This document shows positions 48,385 to 59,646 of a DNA stretch of 64,000 nucleotides, in pieces. The notes below the pieces were generated by a model. That model saw only the letters and a list, made by a program, of their open reading frames with translations, was not told the DNA's origin and ran no database searches. How positions within the stretch are numbered: the first letter of the stretch is position 1; the number at the start of each line of letters is the position of its first letter. The translations under genes and the position numbers were made by a program. Source of the DNA: Deltaproteobacteria bacterium (GTDB taxonomy: Bacteria; SAR324; JACQKK01); the NCBI GenBank assembly GCA_029858505.1, contig JAOUEW010000005.1, forward strand, positions 42,880 to 106,879. The letters are read 5' to 3'.

Positions 48385-48401
48385 CCGCGGACTGTATCCT
48401 G

Positions 48402-48430
48402 GGAGAGAGAGCCCTGGGGGCTCTCTCTCC
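48402..48430. terminator. Strong hairpin after the lipoprotein gene
   Basis: 13-bp perfect stem GGAGAGAGAGCCC/GGGCTCTCTCTCC; no T-tract. Confidence 0.45.
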
Positions 48431-48524
48431 TCCCCCCCTACACATCCCCCGCTAATCGTTGTATTCTTTTGAAGATCGTTAAATCACTCCAAAATCATCC
48501 CATCGTCTGCGTATCCCTCTGCCC

Positions 48525-49745
48525 ATGAAACCCTTTCATTCGCTGATGGCCCTGCTGTTGGCCGCCACGGGAGCTTCCTCGGAATGGGCCCTGGCCAAAA
48601 CCCCCGACCGCCCCGCCCATCACGATCCATCGGGGGGGTTTCTCAACACCTATCCCACCCCCAGCCATGGCATGCCCCAGTTCCTTAAATGGCGCTGGCA
48701 GCACTGGTGGGGCATTAACCACACCGAGGACCAGGTGGAACTGCCCCCGGACCCCCCCGGCACCACCGGAGACGTGGAGCACCCCCTGGAACCCTTCCCC
48801 TTAACCCCCGTGGACCCAGCCTGCTTGGCCGCCAACACCCGCCACCCAACCTACACCTGGATTGGCCACTCCACGTTTCTATTGCAGGTAGACGGGGTGA
48901 ACCTGCTGGCCGACCCGTATTTTTCCGACCGGGCTTCGCCCTTGACCTTCATGGGGCCCAAGCGGGTGGTGCCCCCGGCCCTGGCCATGGACCAGCTTCC
49001 GCCCATCCACGTGGTGCTGATTTCTCACAACCATTACGACCATATGGACCTGGCGGCCCTGCGGGCCCTGAACGAGCGGGCCAAAACCAACACCCCTGGC
49101 CGCCAGCCCATCCTTCTGGTGCCCCTGGGAGTAAAGGCTTATTTGAGAGGCAAGGGGATCTTCAACGTGGAGGAGTTTGACTGGTGGGACAGCCAAGTGG
49201 CCGGAACAGAAGGCTACCGGGCAAAGGGTCAGACGCTGGCAGAAAAGAAAAGCGGCAGCACCATCGAGGCGGTGTTTGTGCCAGCCCAACACTTTACCGC
49301 CCGGGGGGCGGGTGACCTGAACAAAACCCTGTGGGGGGGATGGGTGGTGAAGGGGAAAACCTTCCGGTTTTACTACGCGGGAGACACCGGTTATGCCCCC
49401 ATTTTTCAAGACATCGGCCAACGGCTGGGGCCCTTTGACCTGGCCGCCATTCCCATTGGGGCCTATAACCCCCGCTGGATGATGGGCCCGGTGCACGTGA
49501 ACCCAGAGGATGCCGTGAAGATTCACCAAGACATCCGTGCCCGGCAGTCGGTGGGGGTGCACTGGGGAACCCTCTCCCAAACCGATGAACCCCTGAGCGA
49601 ACCGCCTCGCCGATTGGTGCAGGCCCGCCAAACGGCTGGGCTGGCCCCGGACCGCTTTCTGGTCGTCCGCCATGGGGCCACCCTGTGGTCGCCAGAAGGC
49701 CCCCAGGGGGCACGCCCGCCCCTGCGGGAGGGCTGCCCCCGTTAG
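48525..49745 (+). CDS. MBL-fold metallo-hydrolase, NAPE-PLD/RomA-like, secreted
   Basis: WIGHST, SHNHYDHMD, PAQHF, AGDTGY, PIGAY, HWGT. Confidence 0.9.
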   Translation: MKPFHSLMALLLAATGASSEWALAKTPDRPAHHDPSGGFLNTYPTPSHGMPQFLKWRWQHWWGINHTEDQVELPPDPPGTTGDVEHPLEPFPLTPVDPACLAANTRHPTYTWIGHSTFLLQVDGVNLLADPYFSDRASPLTFMGPKRVVPPALAMDQLPPIHVVLISHNHYDHMDLAALRALNERAKTNTPGRQPILLVPLGVKAYLRGKGIFNVEEFDWWDSQVAGTEGYRAKGQTLAEKKSGSTIEAVFVPAQHFTARGAGDLNKTLWGGWVVKGKTFRFYYAGDTGYAPIFQDIGQRLGPFDLAAIPIGAYNPRWMMGPVHVNPEDAVKIHQDIRARQSVGVHWGTLSQTDEPLSEPPRRLVQARQTAGLAPDRFLVVRHGATLWSPEGPQGARPPLREGCPR

Positions 49746-50074
49746 CCTGCCATGCGCTGCTGGGCCGCCATCAGGTTCAGGGGCACTTCCACATAGCGGG
49801 TTTCTGCCGCCAGGCCGCGCTCCAACAGCAGCAGCTCCGCCTCGGCGGCTTCCCGCAGCACTTGCTCCAGGGTGCCCTTGGCCAGGCAGGCTTCCAGGTG
49901 CTTCTTCATGGCCCGCACCAGGGCCGCTTCGGCAACCTGCTCCGTCTTGCCCATGGCCTCTACCCCCAACAAATCACAGGCCGCCGCAATGCCTTTTCCC
50001 GCCCCGCTGGCCTTTCCCACCGCAATGGGAAAACGGAACGTCATGTAAATTTCTTGATGATTGGCTTGATCCAT
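49742..50074 (-). CDS. HicB-like antitoxin-fold protein (orphan)
   Basis: AACDLLGVEAMGKTEQVAEAALVRAMKKHLE..GTLEQVL resembles the HicB core; GGAGGA RBS. Confidence 0.55.
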   Translation of the reverse strand: MDQANHQEIYMTFRFPIAVGKASGAGKGIAAACDLLGVEAMGKTEQVAEAALVRAMKKHLEACLAKGTLEQVLREAAEAELLLLERGLAAETRYVEVPLNLMAAQQRMAG

Positions 50075-50268
50075 CGCTCGTCCTCCATGGATGACATTGG
50101 AATACACCGGGCCGCCGGAATGCCAGGCAGCACACGGCCGCACAATACCCATGGGGGTTAAAGCAAGGATCGGGCCACTCTATCTCTCCCGGAATTGCCC
50201 CGGTTTCTGCTTGCCTTTGAACATGCTAAGATGGCGGAAACGCGCATATCTCCATCGGAGTTTCCGCC

Positions 50269-50499
50269 ATGCAAATCACTACCAGCAAAATCACCAAGCA
50301 TTTTCAGGCCACCATCCCCGAACCGGTGCGGAAGGCCCTGAACCTCCACGCTGGGGAAGCCATCGCCTTCGACATCGAGGGCGGGGAAATTCGCCTGCGT
50401 AAGGCCGAGGCCATGGACATGGAATGGCCCCAAGCCCTGGAACCCACCCTGAGCGAATGGGCGGGGGAAGCCGATGAAGAGGCCTACCGTGACCTATAA
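50269..50499 (+). CDS. AbrB/MazE/SpoVT family antitoxin
   Basis: SKITKHFQATIPEPVRKALNL..G..IAF; acidic tail SEW..ADEEAYRDL. Confidence 0.88.
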   Translation: MQITTSKITKHFQATIPEPVRKALNLHAGEAIAFDIEGGEIRLRKAEAMDMEWPQALEPTLSEWAGEADEEAYRDL

Positions 50500-50593
50500 T
50501 GCTTTTGACGTGGTGGTGGTTCCCTTCCCGTTCACCGACCGCATGGCGGTAAAGAAACTCCCCGCCATTCTGGGCGGCAACATGATAGGGTAA
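50489..50593 (+). pseudogene. Truncated PemK/MazF toxin
   Basis: GTG overlapping the antitoxin end reads MTYNAFDVVVVPFPFTDRMAVKKLPAIL.., then TAA after 34 codons. Confidence 0.75.
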
Positions 50594-50659
50594 GGGGCGA
50601 AGACCACCTTCAAGGCCGTCGGCAAGACATTGCAGCGCATGGGACTACGGGAGACCCGC

Positions 50660-51091
50660 ATGACTATTTTTTTGACGGCCCTGGGCATGGTTGCCCTGAC
50701 GGGTGTGATTTATTTTCTGCGGGCCAAGGCCAGGACCGCCGCGGGATTGGTTGGCCCCATGCTGAAAGAAGCCGAGGGCTGGCTGACCAAGAACAACCTG
50801 ACCTCTGACGCGGTGTGGTACACGGCTTACAGTGCCCCAGGCATGGCCCGCACCCTGGGCGCCACGGTGATGGTGGGAACCAGCCAAGACCACAAGGGCC
50901 AGCCGGTGGGCTTCGCGCTAGAGGTGCTGCCGGGGCGGGGAGTGATGGCGGGGGTGATGCTGGCCCCCTACAACATCGTGGCCCACCACGAGGAGGCTTC
51001 GTTTCGGGCCAGGCAGTCGGGCCAGCCCCTGCTGGATGTGTTTCAGGTGATGGCGGCTCGCTTTCGCGCGGGTTTGGCCAACACCCCGTAA
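50660..51091 (+). CDS. Hypothetical protein with N-terminal TM anchor
   Basis: GGAG RBS, hydrophobic N-terminus, 143 aa. Confidence 0.65.
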   Translation: MTIFLTALGMVALTGVIYFLRAKARTAAGLVGPMLKEAEGWLTKNNLTSDAVWYTAYSAPGMARTLGATVMVGTSQDHKGQPVGFALEVLPGRGVMAGVMLAPYNIVAHHEEASFRARQSGQPLLDVFQVMAARFRAGLANTP

Positions 51092-51107
51092 CCCCGCCAA
51101 ATCCTCC

Positions 51108-52172
51108 TCACAATCTTTCCAGCACCAAGTCCAACACTTGTTCGGGGGTCACCAACTCCAGGCATTCTTTGTTCACCGCCCGTTTGCAGCGGCCCTTGCC
51201 GTTTTTAGAGCATGGGCGGCAGGGGAGGTTCACCTCGGCCACGACACTGCCGGGCCTGACGGGAAAATAGCCCAGGTGGCGGGTGGTGGGGCCGAACAGG
51301 GCCACCACCGGGCGGCCCACCGCCTCGGCGATGTGGCTCATGCCGGTGTCGTTGGCCACCATCACCTGGGTTTGGGCGGCCCACCAGGCGCTTTCCAGCA
51401 GGGTGGTCTTCCCCGACAGATCCATCACCCGGTCTTCCAGCCCCTGGCTTTTCAACTGCCGGGCCAAGGCTTGAACATTCCGGTCTTCATTCCCGCCAAA
51501 CAACATCACCCCCCCTTTCGTGCGCGCAAGAAACAGCTCTACCAACCGGCTGACATGATGCTCTGGCCAGCGTTTCAACTCCCAGGCCGCCACCGGGGCC
51601 AGCCCCAGCACGGGCCGCCCGGCTTTTTTCCATCCCTCCAACTGGGCCCGCTCTGGGCGGAATTTCTCCGTCCAGCCGGGCGGCTCCAATTCTCCCAGGT
51701 GAATCTCTGTTCCCCCGCCGTCATCCGTTACCCCCCAGGGGGCCAGGGCGGCCAGAAAATCTTGTTCTTTTCCGGGGGTCGTGGCGTAGGTGTTCCAGCC
51801 AAACCACAGCAGCAGCACCCGCTGCAGGGTGCGCTTGGAGTATGCCGTGACTGGGGCCCCCGTCAGCCGAGAGAGCAGGCGGCTGCGGAGGGATTGATGC
51901 ACGTCCACCACCAAGTCAAACTTTTCCCGGCGGAGTTCCCCCGCCAGCTTGAGCAGCCCCCCCAGCCCCGTGGTCCGGGCAAACCCCAGGGCCTGGTGCA
52001 GGTGGGGGTTGCCCCGCACCAGCGGCAGAAACGTATCGGAAGTTAGAAAGGTGATGCGGGCCTGGGGGTAGCGGGAGCGGATTTGCCGGGGCAGACCCGT
52101 GCACTTCACCACGTCACCCAACGAAGAGAACCGGATGATGAGAATACGGGGCTGGGGGGGCAGGGATTTCAT
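51108..52172 (-). CDS. Glycosyltransferase family 9 (LPS heptosyltransferase, WaaF-like)
   Basis: ILIIRFSSLGDVV, KRWP, NDTGMSHIA, LFGPT, CRPC. Confidence 0.92.
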   Translation of the reverse strand: MKSLPPQPRILIIRFSSLGDVVKCTGLPRQIRSRYPQARITFLTSDTFLPLVRGNPHLHQALGFARTTGLGGLLKLAGELRREKFDLVVDVHQSLRSRLLSRLTGAPVTAYSKRTLQRVLLLWFGWNTYATTPGKEQDFLAALAPWGVTDDGGGTEIHLGELEPPGWTEKFRPERAQLEGWKKAGRPVLGLAPVAAWELKRWPEHHVSRLVELFLARTKGGVMLFGGNEDRNVQALARQLKSQGLEDRVMDLSGKTTLLESAWWAAQTQVMVANDTGMSHIAEAVGRPVVALFGPTTRHLGYFPVRPGSVVAEVNLPCRPCSKNGKGRCKRAVNKECLELVTPEQVLDLVLERL

Positions 52173-52182
52173 GGGCCTCTCT

Positions 52183-53163
52183 TCACGTGTCCACTTGGGC
52201 ATCGGCCAAGGTGAGGTGATAGTGAAGGTAATAATACAACCCCACGGCGGTGGTGGGGGCCCATTGGCCCAACAAGAACAACATGGAAGACGCCAGAGCC
52301 GTTTCCCGGGCCACCCCAAAGGGCAGCAGAGAAAACACGAACGTGGCCTGCATCACCCCAAAGAACCCCGGCGGGCCAGGCAGGCTCACCGCCAAGGCCG
52401 ACACGGCAATCACAATCATGGCCGCTCCAAAGCCGATGGGCTGCCCAAAGGCCTGCAAAGACAGCATGACCATCACGCCGCTGAAACCCCACCGCACCAC
52501 CGAATGGAACAGCATGGGGGCCAACAACCCTGGAGAGGTGAGGGAGGACAACCCCTGGGCCATGGCATGCACCAAGGCCCCGCCTTTTTCGCGGGGCCCC
52601 GCGGGCAGCCACGCGGCCAGGGCGTTCCACAGGGCTTCCACCTGGTGGGGCCAGCCGGCAAACCACACCAGCCCGGCCAACACCCCGGCCATCAATACCG
52701 CCACGGTGTGGGCCCCGGCCTGAATGTCTTGGGGAAAGGGAGAAATCGTGGCCACGGCGGCCAGGTAAAACGCGAAGATGGCGGCCACGTCCAACACCCG
52801 CTCCACCACCAGGGTCATCAGCACCCCGCTTTTGGTCAGCCCCTGCTGGCGGGCAAACACCACCGCCCGCAGAATTTCTCCCAGCCGGGCTGGCAGCAGG
52901 TTGTTCCCGCCAAAGCCAATCATCATGGCCGGAAAAACCTGGCCTGTGGTGTAGCGACCCAGGGGGCGGAGAATCCACCGCCAGCGCAGGGCCGCCAGCC
53001 AATGATAAACAGCCAAGCACGCCATGAAGGGCGCCAGCACCCAGTAACTTCCCCCGGCCAGCAGGCGGCCCAACTGGGGCCAGTCTACCCCCCAAAAGGC
53101 GTACACCACCAAAGCGGCGGTGAACGCCAGCATCAACCCCAGGGAAGCAAGCCGCTTGGCCAA
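52183..53163 (-). CDS. Lysylphosphatidylglycerol synthase TM-domain (UPF0104) flippase-like protein
   Basis: LRWRWIL, NNLLPARLGEILR, VERVLD, PGFFG. Confidence 0.88.
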   Translation of the reverse strand: MAKRLASLGLMLAFTAALVVYAFWGVDWPQLGRLLAGGSYWVLAPFMACLAVYHWLAALRWRWILRPLGRYTTGQVFPAMMIGFGGNNLLPARLGEILRAVVFARQQGLTKSGVLMTLVVERVLDVAAIFAFYLAAVATISPFPQDIQAGAHTVAVLMAGVLAGLVWFAGWPHQVEALWNALAAWLPAGPREKGGALVHAMAQGLSSLTSPGLLAPMLFHSVVRWGFSGVMVMLSLQAFGQPIGFGAAMIVIAVSALAVSLPGPPGFFGVMQATFVFSLLPFGVARETALASSMLFLLGQWAPTTAVGLYYYLHYHLTLADAQVDT

Positions 53164-53197
53164 AACATCACTCCATTGGACATCACTTCGTTGGGGA

Positions 53198-54592
53198 TCA
53201 CCCCCGGCCCATCAGGAAACGGTGAATGGAGCGGGCGGCTTGGCGCCCCTCCCAAATGGCCCACACCACCAAAGACTGCCCCCGGCCCATGTCTCCGGCC
53301 ACGAACACTTTGTCCACGCTGGTGCGGTGGGCGGCGTCGTGCTTCACGGTGCCCCGCTCAGAGAACGCCACCCCCAGTTGGGTCAGCAGGCCTTCCTTCA
53401 CCGGGCCAGTGAAGCCCATGGCCAGCAGCACCAGGTCGGCCTTCAGGGTAAATTCGGTGCCCTTCAGTTCCACCATGGTGGGCCGTCCGCCGTTGTTGGC
53501 GGGCTCCCAAGCCACTTTCACGCCGTGCAGTTCCTTCACCCGGCCCTGGGCATCGGCCGAGAAGCGCTTGGTCAACACGCTCCACATCCGCTCGCCGCCT
53601 TCCTCGTGAGAGGTCGACACCTTGGGGCTGGGGGGTTTGGGCAATATTTCCAGTTGGGTGACCTGGGCGGCCCCTTGGCGGTGGCTGGTGCCCACGCAGT
53701 CGGCCCCGGTGTCGCCCCCGCCAATCACCACCACGTGCTTTTTGGTGGCCAGCAGGGCGGTGTCAGGGTCCAGGGTATCGCCCTGAATGCGGCGGTTCTG
53801 TTGAGACAAAAACTCCATGGCAAAGTGCACGCCTTTCAGGCCGCTGCCCTCCACCCCCTCCAGCCCCCGGGGGGTTTGGGCGCCGCCCGCCAGCAGCACC
53901 GCGTCGAATCCGCTCAGCAATTCCTTGGCGGGCAGGTCCTTCCCCACCTGGCAGTTCATTTGGAACACCACGCCTTCTTCCCGCAGTTGTTCCACCCGGC
54001 GGAAGATCAGGTGTTTTTCCAGTTTGAAATCGGGAATGCCATAGGTCAGCAGCCCGCCGGGGCGGTCGTCTTTTTCAAACACGGTGACCTGGTGCCCCAT
54101 GCGGGCCAGTTCTTGGGCGGCCGCCAGGCCCGCCGGGCCCGACCCCACCACCGCCACCCGCTTCCAGGTTTGGGTGGGGGGCAGCACCGGTTTCACCCAT
54201 TCTTCTTTCCAACCCCGCTCGATGATCGCTTTCTCGATGACCTTGATGGCCACCGGGTCGGCGTTGATGCCCAACACGCAGCTGGTCTCGCAGGGCGCCG
54301 GGCACACCCGGCCGGTCACTTCGGGAAAGTTGTTGGTGCGGTGGAGTTCGTCCAACGCCTGGCGCCACTGGCCCCGGTACACCAGGTCGTTCCAGTCGGG
54401 GATTAAATTGCCCAGGGGGCAGCCTTGATGACAGGTGGGCACCCCGCAGTCCATGCAGCGGGCCCCCTGCACCTGCAGGTTTTCCTCTGGCCAAGCAATC
54501 TCAAACTCATGATAATGCTTCACCCGTTCCGCCACGGGGCGGTTGGGGGGAATCTGCCGTTCAAACTCCAAAAATCCCGTGGGTTTTCCCAT
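53198..54592 (-). CDS. gltD: Glutamate synthase small subunit
   Basis: [44 protein letters not shown]. Confidence 0.97.
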   Translation of the reverse strand: MGKPTGFLEFERQIPPNRPVAERVKHYHEFEIAWPEENLQVQGARCMDCGVPTCHQGCPLGNLIPDWNDLVYRGQWRQALDELHRTNNFPEVTGRVCPAPCETSCVLGINADPVAIKVIEKAIIERGWKEEWVKPVLPPTQTWKRVAVVGSGPAGLAAAQELARMGHQVTVFEKDDRPGGLLTYGIPDFKLEKHLIFRRVEQLREEGVVFQMNCQVGKDLPAKELLSGFDAVLLAGGAQTPRGLEGVEGSGLKGVHFAMEFLSQQNRRIQGDTLDPDTALLATKKHVVVIGGGDTGADCVGTSHRQGAAQVTQLEILPKPPSPKVSTSHEEGGERMWSVLTKRFSADAQGRVKELHGVKVAWEPANNGGRPTMVELKGTEFTLKADLVLLAMGFTGPVKEGLLTQLGVAFSERGTVKHDAAHRTSVDKVFVAGDMGRGQSLVVWAIWEGRQAARSIHRFLMGRG

Positions 54593-54593
54593 A

Positions 54594-57500
54594 TCAGGCA
54601 ATCTCCTTCTCTTGGCGAACCTTGCCGTCCCACTGCATCACCCGTTTGTATTCCACCGGCATCACCTTCACGATTTTGGCCAGGGCGGCCTCCCAATGGG
54701 CCAGCAGGCGTTTGGCTTTGGGGCTGTGGGTGAGGGCCACGTGGCGCTCCAGCAGGTCCTGCAAAAACGTTTTGTCGTCGGCCTCCAGGGGTTCCAGGGC
54801 CACCATTTCGGTATTGCAGCGGGTGTGGAATTTACCGTCTTCATCCAGCACATAGGCAATGCCGCCCGACATGCCCGCCGCGAAGTTCAGCCCGGTGGGG
54901 CCCAGCACCACCACCCGCCCGCCAGTCATGTACTCACATCCGTGGTCGCCCACCCCCTCCACCACCGTGGTGGCGCCAGAGTTACGCACGCAGAAGCGTT
55001 CACCCCCCAGGCCGTTGAAGAAGGCCTCTCCCCGGGTGGCGCCGTACAGCACCACGTTGCCCACGATCATGTTGTTTTCCGGCACCAGGGTGGCGCCCTC
55101 CGGCGGCCGCACAATCACCCGCCCGCCAGACAACCCCTTGCCCACATAGTCGTTGGCCTCTCCCTGAAGGGTGAGGGTGATGCCCTGGGGCAGGAACGCG
55201 CCAAAACTTTGGCCGGCGGTGCCCTGAAAGTTGATTTGAATGGTGCCGTCGGGCAGGCCGTTGGCGCCATATTTGCGGCTGACCCGACTGCCCAGCATGG
55301 TGCCGGTGGACAGGTTCAAGTTGCGGATGGGCAGGTCCATCTTGACCGGCTTGCCGTGTTCCAGAGCGTCCTTGGCCCGCTCGATCAGGGTGTGGTCCAA
55401 CACACCGGCAATGCCGTGGTCTTGTTCCTCGGATTTTCTCACCCGCACCTCCGGCCCCACCGGGGGCCGGTACAGCAGGGGGGTCAAGTCCAGACCATGG
55501 GCCTTCCAATGGGTTTCGGCCCGCTTGTATTCCAGCAAGTCGGCTCGGCCAATCATCTCATCCATGGTGCGGAAGCCCAGTTGGGCCATCCACCGCCGGA
55601 CGTCTTCGGCAATAAAGGTGAAAAAGTTCACCAGGTGTTCCGGCTGGCCGGTAAATTTCTTGCGCAGGCGTTTGTCTTGGGTGGCCACCCCCACCGGGCA
55701 GGTGTTCAGGTGGCACACCCGCATCATGATGCACCCCTGGGTGATGAGAGCCGTGGTGGAAAAGCCGAATTCCTCGGCCCCCAGCAGGGCGGCCACCGCC
55801 ACGTCGCGGCCGGTTTTCAACTGGCCGTCGGTCTGCACCCGAATCCTACCGCGAAGGTTGTTCATCACCAGGGTCTGGTGGGTTTCCGCCAAGCCCAGTT
55901 CCCAGGGGGCCCCGGCAAACTGAATGGAACTGAGGGGAGAAGCCCCGGTTCCCCCGTCGTGGCCAGAGATCAGCACCTTGTCGGCCTTGGCCTTGGCCAC
56001 CCCCGCCGCCACGGTACCCACGCCGGTTTCGCTCACCAGCTTCACGCTGATGATGGCTTCTGGGTTGGCGTTCTTCAAATCGAAGATCAACTGTTTCAGA
56101 TCTTCGATGGAGTAAATATCGTGATGGGGCGGGGGAGAAATCAACCCCACGCCGGGGGTGGTGAAGCGGATGGAACCGATGTAGGAATCCACCTTGTGGC
56201 CAGGAAGCTGGCCGCCCTCACCGGGCTTGGCCCCCTGGGCGATTTTGATTTGAATCTCTTTGGCGTTCACCAGGTAATGGCTGTTCACCCCAAAGCGTCC
56301 GCTGGCCACCTGCTTGATGGCGCTGTTGCGGCTGTCTCCGTTCGGCATGGGGGCAAACCGGGTGGGGTCTTCCCCCCCCTCGCCAGAGTTGGAGCGCCCG
56401 CCAATGCGGTTCATGGCGATGGCCAGGTTCTCGTGGGCTTCGCGGCTGATGGAGCCCAGGCTCATGGCGCCGGTGGCAAACCGCTTCATGATCTCGCTGG
56501 CGGGTTCCACCTGTTCCAGCGGAATGGGGGTTCCCGGCTTGAAGCGGAACAACCCCCGCAGGGTGGCCATTTTTTCGCTTTGGTCGTTCACCAGCTCGGC
56601 ATAGCGCTGATAGGTTTCCCAATCGTTTTCCCGCACGGCCTTTTGCAGGGCGTGAATCATGGCCGGGTTGATCTGGTGAAACTCACCCTCCCGCCGCCAC
56701 TTGTACACCCCACCCACGTCCAGCACAAAGTTATGGCCCTCATCCTCGGCATAGGCCATGCGGTGGCGGCGCAGGGTTTCTTGGGCAATTTCCTCCAACC
56801 CCACCCCTTCAATGCGGGTGTGGGTTCCGGTGAAGCAGGTATCCACCAACTCTCGTTTCAGCCCCAGCACCTCGAAAATCTGGGCGCCATGGTAACTTTG
56901 CAGGGTAGAAATGCCCATTTTGGAGAAAATCTTGAGCAGGGATTTTTTCACCGCCTTGATGTAATTCTTCACCGCCGGGGGGGTGTCGGCATCGGGAGAA
57001 TCCTTCAGGGGGGTGAATTCATCCACCAGGGTTTCAAAGGCCAGGTAGGGGTTCACCGCGGTGGCCCCATAGCCCAGCAGCAGGGCAAAGTGGTGCCCTT
57101 CCCGGGCTTCGCCGGTTTCTAAAATCAACCCCACGTTGTTGCGGGTGCCCTCGCGGATGAGGTGATGATGCACGCTGGCGGTAGCCAGCAGGCTGGGAAT
57201 GGGGGCCAGTTGGGAGCTCATCCCCCGGTCGGTGAGAATGATGAGGCTGTAACCCGCCCGCACGGCGGCATCGGCCTCCCGGTTCAACCGCTCCAGGGCT
57301 TGGCCCAACCCCTTGGGGCCGTCTTCCGCCCGGAACAACATGGAAAGGGTTTTGGCCTGAAAATCGCCCACGGTCACGTGGCGCAGCCGCTCCAAGTCGT
57401 AGTTGGTCAGGATGGGGTGAGGAATGTTCAACACATGGGCGTTGCGGGGGGCTTCGTCCATCAAGTTCCCCTCTTTCCCCACAAAGGCCACCAAACTCAT

Positions 57501-59111
57501 CACCATGGCTTCCCGAATGGGGTCTATGGGAGGGTTGGTCACCTGAGCAAAGTTCTGCTTGAAGTAATCGAACAGCAGCCGGGGGCGGTTGCTCAACACC
57601 GCCAGAGGAATATCGGCCCCCATGGAACCGATGGGTTCCTCGCCCTTTTCGGCCATGGAAGCCAAAATGATCTTCAGATCTTCTTTGGTGTAGCCAAAGG
57701 CCTGCTGGCGCCGCAGCACCGTGGAGTGATCTGGCTGATGCACGTGGGGCGGCTGGGGCAGGTCGTCCAGGTGAATGATGTTCTTGGCAATCCATTCCCG
57801 ATAGGGATGCTGGGCCACCACCTGGGCCTTCATTTCCTCGTCTTCAATCACCCGCCCCAGGGTGGTGTCCACCACAAAGATGCGCCCCGGCCGCAAGCGG
57901 GTCTTGCGCTCCACGTTGGCCGGGGGAATATCCAGCACACCGGCTTCGCTGGCCATGATGACCAGGCCGTCTTTGGTGATGGTGATGCGGGCCGGGCGCA
58001 AACCGTTTCGGTCCAGGGTGGCCCCCACCATGCGGCCATCGGAAAAGGCGATGGCGGCCGGGCCGTCCCAGGGTTCCATCAGGTTGGCGTGGTAGGCATA
58101 GAAGGCCTTGCGGTCTTCGTCCATGTGGTCGTTGTTGTCCCAGGCCTCGGGAATCATCATCATCATGGCGTGGGGCAACTTCCGCCCGGTCATCACCAAA
58201 AACTCCAGCACGTTGTCGAACATGGAGGAATCGGAACCCCGGGCGTTGATGACCGGCACCACTTTATCTAAACCACCACCAAACAGCGGCGAACTCAGGT
58301 TTTTCTCCCGCGAACCCATCCAGTTGATGTTGCCCCGCAGGGTATTGATTTCCCCGTTGTGGGCCATCATGCGGAAGGGGTGGGCCAGCTCCCAAGAAGG
58401 AAAGGTGTTGGTGGAGTAACGGGCGTGCACCAACGAAATGGCCGTGGTCATGGTTTCATCCGTCAAATCCGGATAAAACTTCTCCACCTGTTGGGGGGTA
58501 AGCATGCCCTTGTACACCATGGTGGCGCACGAAAAGCTGGGCACCGAGAAATGGTGCAGCCCCTGGGCCCACACGGATTTCTCCATGGCCCGCCGGGCGG
58601 TGTACAACCGGCGCTCGAAGGCGGTTTCATCCAAGCCCGCGGGCCGGTCAATGAACACTTGGCGCACAAACGGCCGGGAATCTTGGGCCGCTTTTCCCAA
58701 GGAGGCCGGATCGGTGGGCACGTCTCTCCAGCCCAGCACCGTCAGGTTTTCGCCCTTCAAAGCCTGGTCCACCAGGGCCTGGGCCTGGGCCCGTTCCTGG
58801 GGGTCCAGGGGGAAAAACATCATCCCCGCCCCGTAACTGCCGGGGGAGGGCAGAGCAATCTTCAGCTTGGCCGCCTGGGCCGCCAGAAATTCGTGGGGAA
58901 TTTGCATCAAAATCCCGGCGCCGTCACCCTCATCGGGGTCGGAACCCCGGGCCCCCCGGTGATCTAAGTTCACCAGAATTTCCAGCCCCTGGCGCACCAG
59001 GTTGTGGCTCTTCTTCCCGTGGATGTCCACGATAAAACCAACGCCGCAGCTGTCTTTTTCCAGGGAGGGGTCGTACAGCCCCTGGCGCGGGGGGAAGAGA
59101 GGATGACTCAT
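54594..59111 (-). CDS. gltB: Glutamate synthase large subunit
   Basis: [43 protein letters not shown] domain. Confidence 0.98.
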   Translation of the reverse strand: MSHPLFPPRQGLYDPSLEKDSCGVGFIVDIHGKKSHNLVRQGLEILVNLDHRGARGSDPDEGDGAGILMQIPHEFLAAQAAKLKIALPSPGSYGAGMMFFPLDPQERAQAQALVDQALKGENLTVLGWRDVPTDPASLGKAAQDSRPFVRQVFIDRPAGLDETAFERRLYTARRAMEKSVWAQGLHHFSVPSFSCATMVYKGMLTPQQVEKFYPDLTDETMTTAISLVHARYSTNTFPSWELAHPFRMMAHNGEINTLRGNINWMGSREKNLSSPLFGGGLDKVVPVINARGSDSSMFDNVLEFLVMTGRKLPHAMMMMIPEAWDNNDHMDEDRKAFYAYHANLMEPWDGPAAIAFSDGRMVGATLDRNGLRPARITITKDGLVIMASEAGVLDIPPANVERKTRLRPGRIFVVDTTLGRVIEDEEMKAQVVAQHPYREWIAKNIIHLDDLPQPPHVHQPDHSTVLRRQQAFGYTKEDLKIILASMAEKGEEPIGSMGADIPLAVLSNRPRLLFDYFKQNFAQVTNPPIDPIREAMVMSLVAFVGKEGNLMDEAPRNAHVLNIPHPILTNYDLERLRHVTVGDFQAKTLSMLFRAEDGPKGLGQALERLNREADAAVRAGYSLIILTDRGMSSQLAPIPSLLATASVHHHLIREGTRNNVGLILETGEAREGHHFALLLGYGATAVNPYLAFETLVDEFTPLKDSPDADTPPAVKNYIKAVKKSLLKIFSKMGISTLQSYHGAQIFEVLGLKRELVDTCFTGTHTRIEGVGLEEIAQETLRRHRMAYAEDEGHNFVLDVGGVYKWRREGEFHQINPAMIHALQKAVRENDWETYQRYAELVNDQSEKMATLRGLFRFKPGTPIPLEQVEPASEIMKRFATGAMSLGSISREAHENLAIAMNRIGGRSNSGEGGEDPTRFAPMPNGDSRNSAIKQVASGRFGVNSHYLVNAKEIQIKIAQGAKPGEGGQLPGHKVDSYIGSIRFTTPGVGLISPPPHHDIYSIEDLKQLIFDLKNANPEAIISVKLVSETGVGTVAAGVAKAKADKVLISGHDGGTGASPLSSIQFAGAPWELGLAETHQTLVMNNLRGRIRVQTDGQLKTGRDVAVAALLGAEEFGFSTTALITQGCIMMRVCHLNTCPVGVATQDKRLRKKFTGQPEHLVNFFTFIAEDVRRWMAQLGFRTMDEMIGRADLLEYKRAETHWKAHGLDLTPLLYRPPVGPEVRVRKSEEQDHGIAGVLDHTLIERAKDALEHGKPVKMDLPIRNLNLSTGTMLGSRVSRKYGANGLPDGTIQINFQGTAGQSFGAFLPQGITLTLQGEANDYVGKGLSGGRVIVRPPEGATLVPENNMIVGNVVLYGATRGEAFFNGLGGERFCVRNSGATTVVEGVGDHGCEYMTGGRVVVLGPTGLNFAAGMSGGIAYVLDEDGKFHTRCNTEMVALEPLEADDKTFLQDLLERHVALTHSPKAKRLLAHWEAALAKIVKVMPVEYKRVMQWDGKVRQEKEIA

Positions 59112-59391
59112 GGACGTAGGTGCTCCTGAGGGCGCGGCCCGGTTGGGCGGTTTGGGCGCCGGGGTTGGGGTGATGGGTTGGGCCGGGCGTCTCCCTCCGC
59201 CGCAGGAACCTAAGGTCCCGGCGGAATCGCCTGGTTTTGGTTTGGGAAAGGGACTTCCCCGGCCCGCTTGGGAGGAGAACCAGCCCAGAGAGGCAAACTT
59301 ACCCCTGGGTCCGGCTTTGCGCGGAACACCTTCAACACACGGCCTATTCTAATCGAATTTTGAGGAATTTCCCAGGAACTGTCAAGGCAGA

Positions 59392-59642
59392 GAACAACAA
59401 CACCCCTCCCCTGCCCCCTAACGGGGGCATCCCCTCCCCTTCGTGGAGGGGAAATAAATCGAAGCCGAAAAGTGATCTGCTTGCTTCCTTCCAGTCTATA
59501 TTTTTCCGAACGGTTGAAAAGAATAGCCGGTGGATTCGAGTATTGTCCCTCCACGAGTGGGAGGGACAGGCGGCGTAGCCGCCAGGGAGGGGTGTTGTTG
59601 GGAGAAACTCGAATCCGACAAGAGAAGCACTTGCTTCTTTCC
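59392..59642. repeat. Complete REPIN-like unit (head A, linker, inverted head B) plus partial linker
   Basis: Outer inverted ends CAACAACACCCCTCCC / GGGAGGGGTGTTGTTG; linker 59457-59541. Confidence 0.9.
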
Positions 59643-59646
59643 GAAG

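Noticed and set aside
54543-57122. Long antisense ORFs (859 aa here; also 494-1798, 2191-3534, 21565-23367, 53120-54406)
   Set aside because: Shadow frames of well-supported genes, expected with high-GC codon bias; no motifs.
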